Virus record (IMG/VR): IMGVR_UViG_3300010376_000080
Coordinates: 1-37,733 of that record
DNA from: a virus
Taxonomy: Duplodnaviria > Caudoviricetes
Direction: 5' to 3' (one strand)
Length of the DNA: 37,733 nt
Shown here: one piece after another, positions 17,647-25,811 of the stretch
How the letters are laid out: each line of letters starts with the position of its first letter
How positions within the stretch are numbered: the stretch's first letter is position 1
Position numbers and translations under genes: made by a program
The notes under the pieces: generated by a model
The model's input: the letters and a program-made list of their open reading frames with translations, nothing else
What the model was told of the DNA's origin: nothing
Database searches by the model: none

Positions 17647-18538
17647 TGTATCGCCTCTTTAGCCTCCCGCCCAGGCGGGCCTTTTCATACTTACTGAACT
17701 CGCAGCAATGGTTCTGTGTGTCTTGGGCATGGAATGGACCCATGCCATTCTGGGCTAAGATAGCATTCTCCTTAGCCCGCAATTGCAGCAATTGATCTAT
17801 CCATTCTCCTGGTAGCCACTTCTCACTCATCATACGGCCTAAAACAGCATTCAAACCACGTTGTGACCCCGGACCAGGGGAAGCCCAGCTCCACCAATCC
17901 TCCACTTGCATCATGAATGGCAAGTATTTCAGGTCCGCAACTAATTGTGCCGTCATAAAAGACCCTAGTCCAGAAGCACTTTCCTGCAACCATACATACA
18001 TTGATTGTAGAAGAGGTGGATTCTTTAGCCATTCTTCCCACTTAGCCTCCCATGGTTTCTGGCACCAATGGTGGAAGTACCGAGCAACCCCGATGCCTTT
18101 TGGAAACCCCGACTCACCGTTGATGATATAGGCCCCGGTCACGTGAGGGAAGGGTAGCTTGTTAATGAATTCGAATAGGATGCTGGGCTTCTGGCACCCG
18201 CTGTCAATGTACTCTTCGAAGACAGAACGGTTACCGATGTTGGGCTCGTTAAACAGACGAGCACAAGTTTCTATCCGGTTAAACCACCGATATAGGACTG
18301 TAGCCGGGAGTACCAGGGGGTTCTCCTGTCCGTAGTAGTCCCGGACGGTCTTCTGGTAGTGGATGGAGGTCTTATCGATTTCGCGGTACACATTGGTGAA
18401 GCTGAACTCTTGAAGTATAGGGTCATCAGTCCATGGCTTTGGCTCATGTCTCGACTTCTGGTGGTAGATGTTGTTGCGCTCCCAGAGGAAGGCACAGTAC
18501 CGCTCAAAGGGGTCCTTTATTTCGTAGATTGATACCAT
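17636..18538 (-). CDS. 5-hmdU DNA kinase helical-domain protein (aGPT-Pplase1 family)
   Basis: ER..IY.K....PKPWTDDPIL..F.FTNVYRE.D, YRWFN, TGAY, GLGSFM..Q..ADL, PGPGS.RGL and CEFSKY. No P-loop is visible in this ORF. Confidence 0.85.
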   Translation of the reverse strand: MVSIYEIKDPFERYCAFLWERNNIYHQKSRHEPKPWTDDPILQEFSFTNVYREIDKTSIHYQKTVRDYYGQENPLVLPATVLYRWFNRIETCARLFNEPNIGNRSVFEEYIDSGCQKPSILFEFINKLPFPHVTGAYIINGESGFPKGIGVARYFHHWCQKPWEAKWEEWLKNPPLLQSMYVWLQESASGLGSFMTAQLVADLKYLPFMMQVEDWWSWASPGPGSQRGLNAVLGRMMSEKWLPGEWIDQLLQLRAKENAILAQNGMGPFHAQDTQNHCCEFSKYEKARLGGRLKRRYNGS

Positions 18539-18897
18539 GACCTATACTCTCGCAAGAGGGCGGGGTTGAGCAGTGGGTTGGCCCAGTCACCATCGAACCT
18601 TATGCAGCGATCGTCGATGGTAAGGAAGGCGCGCGGCTTGGTGATTGGGAAGTCGAGTTGCCGCACAAACTCTTCTGACGTATGCTTTAGAATGTATTCG
18701 AACATGGCCCTTCGGCCATGTGGATCTTCTGACCGGCTAGAGTAGATGGCTATGTCGAAGTGTAGCATTGCATCAGCCATCCACTCAAATACCCCCGGCA
18801 CGGGTGGATCGGGTATAACTTCAATACCCTTCCATCCGCTGGAATAGCTGTTGATTACGCCGTCGAAGTCCATAAGAAGTATCGGACGGAACATCAT
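18517..18897 (-). CDS. Capless HAD-superfamily phosphatase
   Basis: DFDGV motif I, YSSR motif II, KP...IDDR motifs III/IV. Confidence 0.85.
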   Translation of the reverse strand: MMFRPILLMDFDGVINSYSSGWKGIEVIPDPPVPGVFEWMADAMLHFDIAIYSSRSEDPHGRRAMFEYILKHTSEEFVRQLDFPITKPRAFLTIDDRCIRFDGDWANPLLNPALLREYRSWYQSTK

Positions 18898-19544
18898 GCA
18901 GCCTCCGGTAAAAGTTTCATGGCTTCAGCCACCCGCTCATCGATCATACGCATGGCTGTTGGGTCGTAGTTGTCGGCTTCTCGTAGTAGTGGAAGTCCCG
19001 TGACTATGGAGGCTAGAACCTCATCACGGGTAGCTGGGCGACCTTGGGCAAAGAACTCCACGCCCTCTGGCTTACCCAACTCAAATAGGATGCCACCATT
19101 GACCTTGACTGGTTTGAAGTCGTAGGTAGTCCACAAGACACAGACACCAGGGTTGCGCATAATAGGGATACCAGCAATCTTCTTGTTTTCTGGTAGCTCC
19201 CTGACCTCGTTGCGGCGCATCTTGGGTTGGGTTAGGAATGGGCAGGTCATCGCGGCATAGGTCGCACAAGCCCGGTGGCTCGGTGGTTCGGCATTAACCC
19301 GGTTGATCATACACATAGGTCCGATCACAAAGGTCTTGTATTTACCGAGGATCTTGCCGCAAAGCCAGCATCGGTTGTTTTGAAATGCTGACCTAAACTT
19401 TTCTTCGTTGAACACTCGGAAGTCGGGCGTGTTTTCGTCTACCCAATGCACGAACCAGGGCACTGGATAGCCCTCTTCAGAGATACGTAGGTGCTTCATC
19501 TGGTTGGGGATGCCGATTTCAGCTATGCGTTTGTTGAGGTTCAT
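18894..19544 (-). CDS. Conserved-looking Cys/His (zinc-binding) hypothetical protein, 216 aa
   Basis: GYPVPWFV, RCWLCG, GPMC and EPPSHRACA.YA..TCPFL motifs. Coupled at both ends. Confidence 0.7.
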   Translation of the reverse strand: MNLNKRIAEIGIPNQMKHLRISEEGYPVPWFVHWVDENTPDFRVFNEEKFRSAFQNNRCWLCGKILGKYKTFVIGPMCMINRVNAEPPSHRACATYAAMTCPFLTQPKMRRNEVRELPENKKIAGIPIMRNPGVCVLWTTYDFKPVKVNGGILFELGKPEGVEFFAQGRPATRDEVLASIVTGLPLLREADNYDPTAMRMIDERVAEAMKLLPEAA

Positions 19545-21097
19545 TCGAACAAGCCTCCGAAATGCCGCCGTCTGTCTGACTGTACTACTATCAGGTCCTC
19601 ATAGGTCCTGGTGATGCCGGTGTAGAACACGCGGGTTTCTTCGTCGTTAGTGGTGGTGAAGGCTTTATCCGCTGCCTTCGCCGTTTCTGACAGGAGAACT
19701 ACTGTGTCGGCTTGCCCTCCCTTGACTCGATGGATCGTGGAAATGTGGATGTTGGGCCTCTGCAGGATGTTGTACCCCTTGGATAACACCCGCTGAATGT
19801 AGGCCACATCATTAGGATGTACTTCCGTAAACACTTCTTCCCACGTCCCCTCGGCCAGGAGCCCCCATTCATTTCTAAGTTCCAGCATGTTCAGGCTAGG
19901 CGGTTCTGGCTGGTCAGCTAAGCGTCTCAGCGCAACCTTATATCCATGCTTGACCAACCCCTTCTTTTTCTTATGCCCTTCCGACGGCAGCAAGTCATAT
20001 ATTCGCACCGCTTGGTCGGCGGGTATCGACAGCTTGTTCTGTAGCTGGTTCCACGCATCGATTGCCAGTGCTTCAGTTTGCTTGATACTTTGGTTCTCAA
20101 AGTATCGGTATGGTAACCCATTCCGACGGCAGAACTGGACCAGTTGCCGCAGAGACTTGACCGTGCGGCCTAGCATCATAACTGAACCTAACCCTGGATC
20201 CAATAAGCCGGGGTCTAGGTTTGATATATCTCCGAGTGTGCTGTGAGACCCTTCAGCATCCCGAGGTGACCACACCTTCGGCCGCCGTCGGAGAACCCCA
20301 CCAATCACCCGGTTAGCTAGATCATGAACTTTGCGAGGTACCCGGAAGCTTTGCTTCAATTGGGTAACATCACCCTCTAAGGTGATAAACCGCTCAGAAG
20401 CACCAGCCCAGGTGAATATGGTTTGATCATCATCCCCAGCAATGTAGAGCCGCTTGACCCAGCGAGCCAGTATTTCAACCATCCGCCATTGCAATTCACT
20501 AAGATCTTGTGCTTCGTCAATGAATAATACTTCTAGCCGGGGTGGGTCGTCTAGCTTAATAAACTCTTCTATCATGTCAGTAAAATCATAAAGACCTTGG
20601 TTTTCTTTCCATTCTTTAAGCTGTTTGATTATGCGCCATGCTCGTTCCATATCAGGTATAACTTGGTCGTAAGCGACTAATACTTCTTCTATTGGTCGGC
20701 GGGTAATACGAGCAAAGTTTTCAAGGAACAGAACAAGGTCATCCCCGTAGAAGTTGGTATAAGTTCCATCGTCAGACGACAGCCCACCGTGTAATTCAAG
20801 CCCATGTTCTTGTCCAAATTCTCGAACCAGTTTGCCAGTAAATGTCTGGCTGGATTGCAGGCCAAGATGTCGAAAGGCTGCTGCATGGAGAGTATTGAAA
20901 TAGCGAAACTTAGTTCCATGTATGCCGAATCTTGCTGCCGCACGATTAATGGCCTCCTCTACGCCTCGTTTGGTAAATGTCATAAACCCAATGCGATCAG
21001 GTGGAACACCGTGTTCCATTTCCTTTTCTACAGTGTCTAAGAGAGTATTGGTCTTACCAGTTCCAGGTGGGCCAAGAAATATGACTGGCTTAAACAT
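19541..21097 (-). CDS. UvrD/Rep-like SF1 helicase
   Basis: GPPGTGKT, TFTKR, TLH, IDEAQDLS, GDDDQTIF, QSFR, STIHRVKGGQAD and FYTGITR. Start set at the ATG at 21097. Confidence 0.92.
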   Translation of the reverse strand: MFKPVIFLGPPGTGKTNTLLDTVEKEMEHGVPPDRIGFMTFTKRGVEEAINRAAARFGIHGTKFRYFNTLHAAAFRHLGLQSSQTFTGKLVREFGQEHGLELHGGLSSDDGTYTNFYGDDLVLFLENFARITRRPIEEVLVAYDQVIPDMERAWRIIKQLKEWKENQGLYDFTDMIEEFIKLDDPPRLEVLFIDEAQDLSELQWRMVEILARWVKRLYIAGDDDQTIFTWAGASERFITLEGDVTQLKQSFRVPRKVHDLANRVIGGVLRRRPKVWSPRDAEGSHSTLGDISNLDPGLLDPGLGSVMMLGRTVKSLRQLVQFCRRNGLPYRYFENQSIKQTEALAIDAWNQLQNKLSIPADQAVRIYDLLPSEGHKKKKGLVKHGYKVALRRLADQPEPPSLNMLELRNEWGLLAEGTWEEVFTEVHPNDVAYIQRVLSKGYNILQRPNIHISTIHRVKGGQADTVVLLSETAKAADKAFTTTNDEETRVFYTGITRTYEDLIVVQSDRRRHFGGLFE

Positions 21098-21136
21098 GAA
21101 ACCCCCAAGCGAGGCCGGGAACACCCACCACGGACT

Positions 21137-21201
21137 CCCTGTTCGCGGATTACTCCGTACAACGAGGTACTTGTGCCGTGAGCCAGAGCGTTTTACCTTG
21201 C
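21137..21201 (-). ncRNA. Candidate HDV-like self-cleaving ribozyme
   Basis: Elements appear in HDV order: P1 GCAAGGU/ACCUCGU (G1.U wobble, one A.C mismatch), P2 CUCUG/CAGGG, P3 GCU/AGU, P4 CGGA-GUAA-UCCG and J4/2 CGAA. L3 and P1.1 deviate from consensus. Confidence 0.5.
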
Positions 21202-21230
21202 GAACCGGCCTCTTGCCGCGCGGGTATGCT

Positions 21231-21259
21231 AGTATTGCACTTTAATATTATGAAGGCAA
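21231..21259 (-). promoter_or_regulatory. Putative promoter upstream of the structured leader and UvrD
   Basis: Minus strand cTTGCCT-N17-AATACT with an AT-rich spacer. Confidence 0.45.
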
Positions 21260-21261
21260 GC

Positions 21262-22065
21262 TCAGAAGGGTATGTCCCCGTCCTCACCCCTTTGGCCTTC
21301 AGCTATTGGTGCTTCAGCCCGCTTTTCACCCTTTATGACTTGATCGTAAAACTTACGACAAGCCGGATATTCAGTCTTAAAATCCACCCATCCGAGGTCT
21401 TCAAACTTAATGCCGAACCAATCGCCAACGGCATTGCTTTGAGGCCATGTACTCAGTTTGTACTTACGACTATAGGCTGGCATCACATCATTGGTTTTGG
21501 GATTGTGGAATTGAGTGAACATCGTATTCCATTGCTTGGCGAATGTGTGCTTGGTTCCAGCACAGGGCAGAACGAAAGGTTGCCCGTTCACCATGAGATA
21601 AAACTCACGAGTATCTTGGATGTGGTTGCCGGTGCTCTTCCGCACCCGAATAGTTTTCTCCTTGCCATCATCATCGTGGATGATCTTATCCTCGGTGTCT
21701 GCTGGCTCGGCATCGTGCCGGGCAACGAACCCCTGCCTCTTCGGCCGCCACTCAATCCAAGTGCGTACCATCATACACGGTATGGCAGTGAATCCTTCTT
21801 CTCCCTTCTTGACAGGATCCAATGCACCGCGAAACCAAAAGTCACCCGGCTCAGCATCCTTTACATACGCCTCACCGCGTTTGTTCACAGCCGGGGAGTT
21901 CGTCTGCAACACATAAATCAGAGGCAGAAGCTGATCTTCTGCCTTGAAACTGACACCCTTCCCTGCGTCTTGCGCGGTGATATCAATCGCATCTTCTGGG
22001 AGGGCCATATCCCTCACATTAACGGTTGCCACTTCTTGGGCCATAGATCCTAGCTCCTGGTTCAT
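21262..22065 (-). CDS. Single-stranded DNA-binding protein (phage type)
   Basis: Acidic C-terminal tail EDGDIPF, LQTNSP..WIEW.P...GFV..H and N..GDWFG motifs, located in the replication arm. Confidence 0.75.
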   Translation of the reverse strand: MNQELGSMAQEVATVNVRDMALPEDAIDITAQDAGKGVSFKAEDQLLPLIYVLQTNSPAVNKRGEAYVKDAEPGDFWFRGALDPVKKGEEGFTAIPCMMVRTWIEWRPKRQGFVARHDAEPADTEDKIIHDDDGKEKTIRVRKSTGNHIQDTREFYLMVNGQPFVLPCAGTKHTFAKQWNTMFTQFHNPKTNDVMPAYSRKYKLSTWPQSNAVGDWFGIKFEDLGWVDFKTEYPACRKFYDQVIKGEKRAEAPIAEGQRGEDGDIPF

Positions 22066-22087
22066 GCAGAGCGATTCTGCAGCGTTT

Positions 22088-22116
22088 ACTATAGCCTACG
22101 GGTAGACGGAGCGCAA
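22088..22116 (-). promoter_or_regulatory. sigma70-like promoter for SSB
   Basis: Minus strand cTTGCGC-N17-TATAGT. Confidence 0.65.
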
Positions 22117-22191
22117 GCGGGGAGACAATCCTGCTAGTGTTCATTATATATGTGTGGTATAATTAAGGTGATAGTAATAGGGAGAATACTT

Positions 22192-22446
22192 ATGTCAGGT
22201 AAGAGATATTTTGGGATCGTACTCCCAACACAGAATGAGAAAGCCGCTATGTGTCTTATCCTGTGCTCTAATGAACGGGGTGCTCACATCTTGGAGAAGG
22301 GTACCAAAACGGGAGGAGCAATAGATTACTACCCCGATGAAGAAACGCAACACAGAAAAGATTGGGGTAGGTACATAATTGGTGACTACCCAGATCGTAA
22401 GACAGCCGAGGAGGCTGTTGAAAAACATCTTAACAATTCAGCCTAG
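22192..22446 (+). CDS. Hypothetical protein, ~84 aa
   Basis: GGGAGA RBS before MSGKRYFG. Upstream TGnTATAAT at 22155-22163. Confidence 0.6.
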   Translation: MSGKRYFGIVLPTQNEKAAMCLILCSNERGAHILEKGTKTGGAIDYYPDEETQHRKDWGRYIIGDYPDRKTAEEAVEKHLNNSA

Positions 22447-22459
22447 CTCCTAGTATTTC

Positions 22460-22586
22460 GGTGGCGTAAAGTGGCATTAGTGGCATTAGTGGCACCCTTT
22501 TGCGCGCGGCCCCCGCGGCGCGCGGGTGGCCCCACCATGGCCCCGTTTTTGGGTGCCACTTTTGCTACTTTTGCCACTTTTGCTAC
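22460..22586. repeat. Inverted arrays of 9-bp iteron-like repeats around a GC-rich core (putative replication origin)
   Basis: Left: gGTGGCGtaa, AGTGGCATT x2, AGTGGCACCC. Right: GGGTGCCACT, TTTGCTACT, TTTGCCACT, TTTGCTAC. Confidence 0.8.
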
Positions 22587-22599
22587 GAAGGAGAAAGCT

Positions 22600-23739
22600 A
22601 TGGAAAAGAACCTGTACAATGAATTAACCGATGTGTTTCAATACTATATCAAAACGGACAAGGAGGAGAACTATCCGGTAATGGCATTGTGGGCACTCCA
22701 CTGTCACGTGTTTGAGCAGTTTCGGCATACACCTAAGCTCATAGTTACATCAGGAGAAAGTGAAACTGGCAAATCAGCCATTCTTAAATTACTCCTTAAA
22801 CTGGTGCCAAGGCCCGAATATATGATTCCTCCGGTTACAACTGCATACTTCCGAGATGAATGTGCTGAAAGGTCAACCATATTGTTCGATGAGCTGGACA
22901 ATATTAAGATTCCTGGTGCTATTATCTCTATCATAAATGCTGGGTTTGAACCTTGGGGACGCAGTGGGCTCAAAAGAAGCTTCAAACCTAAGCCGCCAGC
23001 ATTCACTCCCGTTGCCCTGTGTGGTATCGATCTCGATGCACAGTTGCCCCGAACCACCGTATCGCGAGCCATTGTCATTCAAATCGAGCCGCCTATAACC
23101 GGGGTTGAAATACCGGAGCTAGTGTTTCATGCCGAACTCGAACTACAGTTACTGGAACTACAAGTCAAAATGGCAGTGTGGGCCGAACAAGTTCAATTAA
23201 ACCCCTTTCCAGAAATGGGGACTCTTCGCCAACGGTCACGCGATAAATGGCGGGTGCTCATAGCTATAGCCGATAGCTTTGGGATAGGGGATTTAGCCCG
23301 TGAAATGGCTATAAAAATCGAAGCATCTGAAAGGAAGCCCTATGGCAACCGGCAACTGCTTCGTAGTGCTGCTGAAGCTTTAATCGAGTTTAAGCGGCTG
23401 ACTTTTACTGATCAGGAAATGTTTGCTTGGCTACAGGACCTTGGTACTGACAGAAGCCCAAGGTCAACTGACTGGGAAGCACTGAAAGGCTTTAACATTC
23501 AAGCAATGCGGGCTGGGCTCAAAGCTCTTGGTATACACCGAAAATCGGTGAAAATATATGGGGCTTGGAAAAGGGGTTATCACCTCGAACAGTTTATCGA
23601 ACCAGTTAGTCGCTATGTTCGAGACATCACCCTACCGGACTTAACGGAAACCAAACAAAAGAATAGGGGCGTGGTACTTCCCTTGGCACCACCTCCTAAA
23701 CGTGTTCGTAAGCCAAGGGTTAAGAAGGAAACTACATGA
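22600..23739 (+). CDS. DUF3631-like P-loop ATPase (replication initiator / helicase-like)
   Basis: AAGGAG RBS and ATG at 22600. ALWALHCH, TPKL..TSGESETGKS (Walker A), TILFDELD (Walker B), IINAGF, LPRTTVSR and RDKWRVLIAIAD motifs. Confidence 0.75.
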   Translation: MEKNLYNELTDVFQYYIKTDKEENYPVMALWALHCHVFEQFRHTPKLIVTSGESETGKSAILKLLLKLVPRPEYMIPPVTTAYFRDECAERSTILFDELDNIKIPGAIISIINAGFEPWGRSGLKRSFKPKPPAFTPVALCGIDLDAQLPRTTVSRAIVIQIEPPITGVEIPELVFHAELELQLLELQVKMAVWAEQVQLNPFPEMGTLRQRSRDKWRVLIAIADSFGIGDLAREMAIKIEASERKPYGNRQLLRSAAEALIEFKRLTFTDQEMFAWLQDLGTDRSPRSTDWEALKGFNIQAMRAGLKALGIHRKSVKIYGAWKRGYHLEQFIEPVSRYVRDITLPDLTETKQKNRGVVLPLAPPPKRVRKPRVKKETT

Positions 23740-23954
23740 GCATACAGGAAACGCTAAACGGGCTGATCGCAAGGTCAGTCCGTCTCTTTGAAAAGGCTTT
23801 TGAGGCAGGGGATTTACACGTTGCTGAAAAAGCCTTACGATATGAGCGTGATGGCTGTAACTTCCTGGTTCGGGCTGCTACGCTACAGAGCAGAGCTGCC
23901 GGAGGATATGTGTCTCCCGAGTTTTTTGGGGAAGCTCCAACCACACGACAGTAA
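23736..23954 (+). CDS. Hypothetical protein, 72 aa
   Basis: ATGA-coupled to the ATPase, AAGGA RBS. Confidence 0.55.
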   Translation: MSIQETLNGLIARSVRLFEKAFEAGDLHVAEKALRYERDGCNFLVRAATLQSRAAGGYVSPEFFGEAPTTRQ

Positions 23955-23961
23955 AGAGAGG

Positions 23962-23983
23962 GACCGGGGCTTAGGCCCCGGTC
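23962..23983. terminator. GC-rich hairpin between convergent genes
   Basis: GACCGGGGC-ttag-GCCCCGGTC, with a pyrimidine tract following on the minus strand. Confidence 0.65.
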
Positions 23984-23984
23984 A

Positions 23985-24386
23985 CTATCGCTGCTGCCCC
24001 ATGCCACCTTTCGGGGTTCGGCTGTAGGCACGTTTGATTGCAGCATACTGACGCTCGGTCAGATAGGCATTTGCCAGATAAGACTCAGAAATACTCACAA
24101 CAAATTGATAGAAACTATGTGCCGGATTTACGTTTTCGAGCAGATAAGCTATCATCTCCGGAACAAAATGCTCCCGGCCAAACCGGGGACCATGGTACTC
24201 CCAGTGACTATCCTCGGCTCTGCCATCATTATGGGGATTATACGGGTTCAGTCTTTCAATAAATTCCCGCCAATTTAGATTAGATTTCGCTAGTTCAGCA
24301 TTTGCCATACGAATCGCATTGAGGCATTCCCCATCATGCTCACTCGTCGTCATAAGCAGGAGTTTTATTAGCTTTTCCCTGTCCAT
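23985..24386 (-). CDS. Hypothetical protein, N-terminus DUF2786-like
   Basis: KLIKLL.M.TS.HDGE.LNA.RMAN..L pattern, GGGGA RBS before MDREK. Confidence 0.65.
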   Translation of the reverse strand: MDREKLIKLLLMTTSEHDGECLNAIRMANAELAKSNLNWREFIERLNPYNPHNDGRAEDSHWEYHGPRFGREHFVPEMIAYLLENVNPAHSFYQFVVSISESYLANAYLTERQYAAIKRAYSRTPKGGMGQQR

Positions 24387-24975
24387 CTTTATCCCCCAGG
24401 ATCTTATTGTCAAGGATTTTGACCTCGTCAAACACGTATACCCCGAGAAGTTCTCGGGGTATTATGTGATTTGCCTTGATTTCACGTTTTACGAACGCAC
24501 GGAGCGTTTGATGGTGAATAGACTCGTTGGTATAATATTGTATACCAGCCGCTTTAAGAATTTGCATCACCCGGAGTCGTTCCTCGTGTTCCTGCATACC
24601 GAATACGATATTGATTATAGACTTGATTAGATCTCCATGTCCCTGGCTCTCAAACCATTCAAACGCTTCTTCCCTTTTATCATCTGGAATTTTAGCTGTA
24701 TATACAGTTGATCTCTCCACTCGAAATGCCGGGTGATTGCCTATAGGGTCGACGTCTACCCCGGAGACTTTCGCATCATTGACCATCTGTAAGAGTTCAT
24801 CCCGCTCAATCTTGGTGATGCGGGACTTGACTTGATTAGCCCGCTGAATCAAGTCAGCAAGCTTAAGATATTGCTCGCGGAGCTCGACCGCTTTCCTGCG
24901 AACGAGTTTGATGTCCATGGTGGGTTGTGGAGTATCAGCCGCCACTGCGTTGAAGAGGTCTTCTTCGTTGCTCAT
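24340..24975 (-). CDS. Phage replication-module hypothetical protein, ~211 aa
   Basis: AFEWF...GHGDLIK and IHHQTLRAFVKRE motifs, typical of the gene that usually precedes SSB in PolA phages. Confidence 0.7.
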   Translation of the reverse strand: MSNEEDLFNAVAADTPQPTMDIKLVRRKAVELREQYLKLADLIQRANQVKSRITKIERDELLQMVNDAKVSGVDVDPIGNHPAFRVERSTVYTAKIPDDKREEAFEWFESQGHGDLIKSIINIVFGMQEHEERLRVMQILKAAGIQYYTNESIHHQTLRAFVKREIKANHIIPRELLGVYVFDEVKILDNKILGDKDGQGKANKTPAYDDE

Positions 24976-25100
24976 TGTAACAATCCTATGATGAAGAAGG
25001 TTGTGAAGCAGACGACACATATTCCGGCATGAAAATAGTCTTTTTTATAGACTAGAGTACCAACGGTGATTAGAATGATACTGAGTGCTGCAACATTCAT
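24972..25100 (-). CDS. Small two-TM membrane protein, 42 aa
   Basis: GGAGGAG RBS, ATGA coupling. Confidence 0.6.
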   Translation of the reverse strand: MNVAALSIILITVGTLVYKKDYFHAGICVVCFTTFFIIGLLQ

Positions 25101-25169
25101 AAGCTCCTCCCTTGAGCTCTTAATATGGTACTGCAAAATTTGTTGGAAGGCAATAGGGGAGGGGGTACG

Positions 25170-25209
25170 TGCCCCCGAGCCAGAGGTGTGCAGCCAAGGC
25201 TCGGGGGCA
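25170..25209. other. Perfect 12-bp hairpin
   Basis: TGCCCCCGAGCC-N16-GGCTCGGGGGCA in an intergenic gap. Confidence 0.75.
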
Positions 25210-25337
25210 GTGCGCCGACTAGGAGTGTAAAGGATATAACCACCCTGAAGCGCAACGGATACGCCGCGTACCAAGGCAATATTAACAAATTGCGGCGCTG
25301 ACCGCAATACTGATAATATAGGCTAACCGAAGATCGG

Positions 25338-25505
25338 TTAGACTCGCACTTCAGTCTTATACACAACCAAAGACTCAATCACCCCGATTTCTTGTTTGTA
25401 TTCTGTTTCTCGGGCGACTCGGTCCGCCAGTTCCCTCGCAGCGTTATAGTCTTCCATCTCCGCCACAGTTTCCTGTGTCGTGAGATTCATGACATGGTAT
25501 CTCAT
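25338..25505 (-). CDS. Hypothetical protein, 55 aa
   Basis: GGGGGA RBS before MRYHVMNL. Resembles 30864-31067. Confidence 0.6.
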   Translation of the reverse strand: MRYHVMNLTTQETVAEMEDYNAARELADRVARETEYKQEIGVIESLVVYKTEVRV

Positions 25506-25520
25506 AGTTCCCCCGTGGTG

Positions 25521-25553
25521 AAAACCGGTTGTGTGGGAGGACCGAACAACCGG
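25521..25553 (-). terminator. Terminator/attenuator-like hairpin
   Basis: Minus strand CCGGTTGT-tcggtcctcccac-ACAACCGG-TTTT. Confidence 0.5.
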
Positions 25554-25608
25554 CAAATCGGTGAGACAGCGTTCTGTGGCAGCTCTAGAGCATAGCCACC
25601 CCTCCAGC

Positions 25609-25743
25609 TTATTCAGCCGGTTGTTTCTCCGCCTGTTGTGTCGGAAGAGACCCGGCTGCACGTTCCAGAGCCTCGGAAATCTTGTCCCGGCCCTCGGTGT
25701 CGATGTGCTTCGCAATCAAAGTACGCAGCTCTTCTTCAAACAT
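25609..25743 (-). CDS. Hypothetical protein, 44 aa
   Basis: GGGAGA RBS before MFEEELRTL. Confidence 0.55.
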   Translation of the reverse strand: MFEEELRTLIAKHIDTEGRDKISEALERAAGSLPTQQAEKQPAE

Positions 25744-25762
25744 AGTCCGTCTCCCTTGGTTG

Positions 25763-25811
25763 AAAGAACCCGCCTCCCCTGAGCAGTCCAATTGTGGGAT
25801 GGGGAGGCGGG
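25763..25811 (-). terminator. Terminator/attenuator-like hairpin
   Basis: Minus strand CCCGCCTCCCC-N21-GGGGAGGCGGG-TTCTTT. Confidence 0.55.

Noticed and set aside
21178-22053. 291-aa + strand ORF, and similar long antisense ORFs elsewhere
   Set aside because: It is the antisense shadow of the SSB gene and has no recognisable motifs.
22471-22599. N-terminal extension of the ATPase ORF (MALVALVAP...ATFATFAT)
   Set aside because: It is the translation of the 9-bp DNA repeats. A good RBS and ATG sit at 22588-22602.
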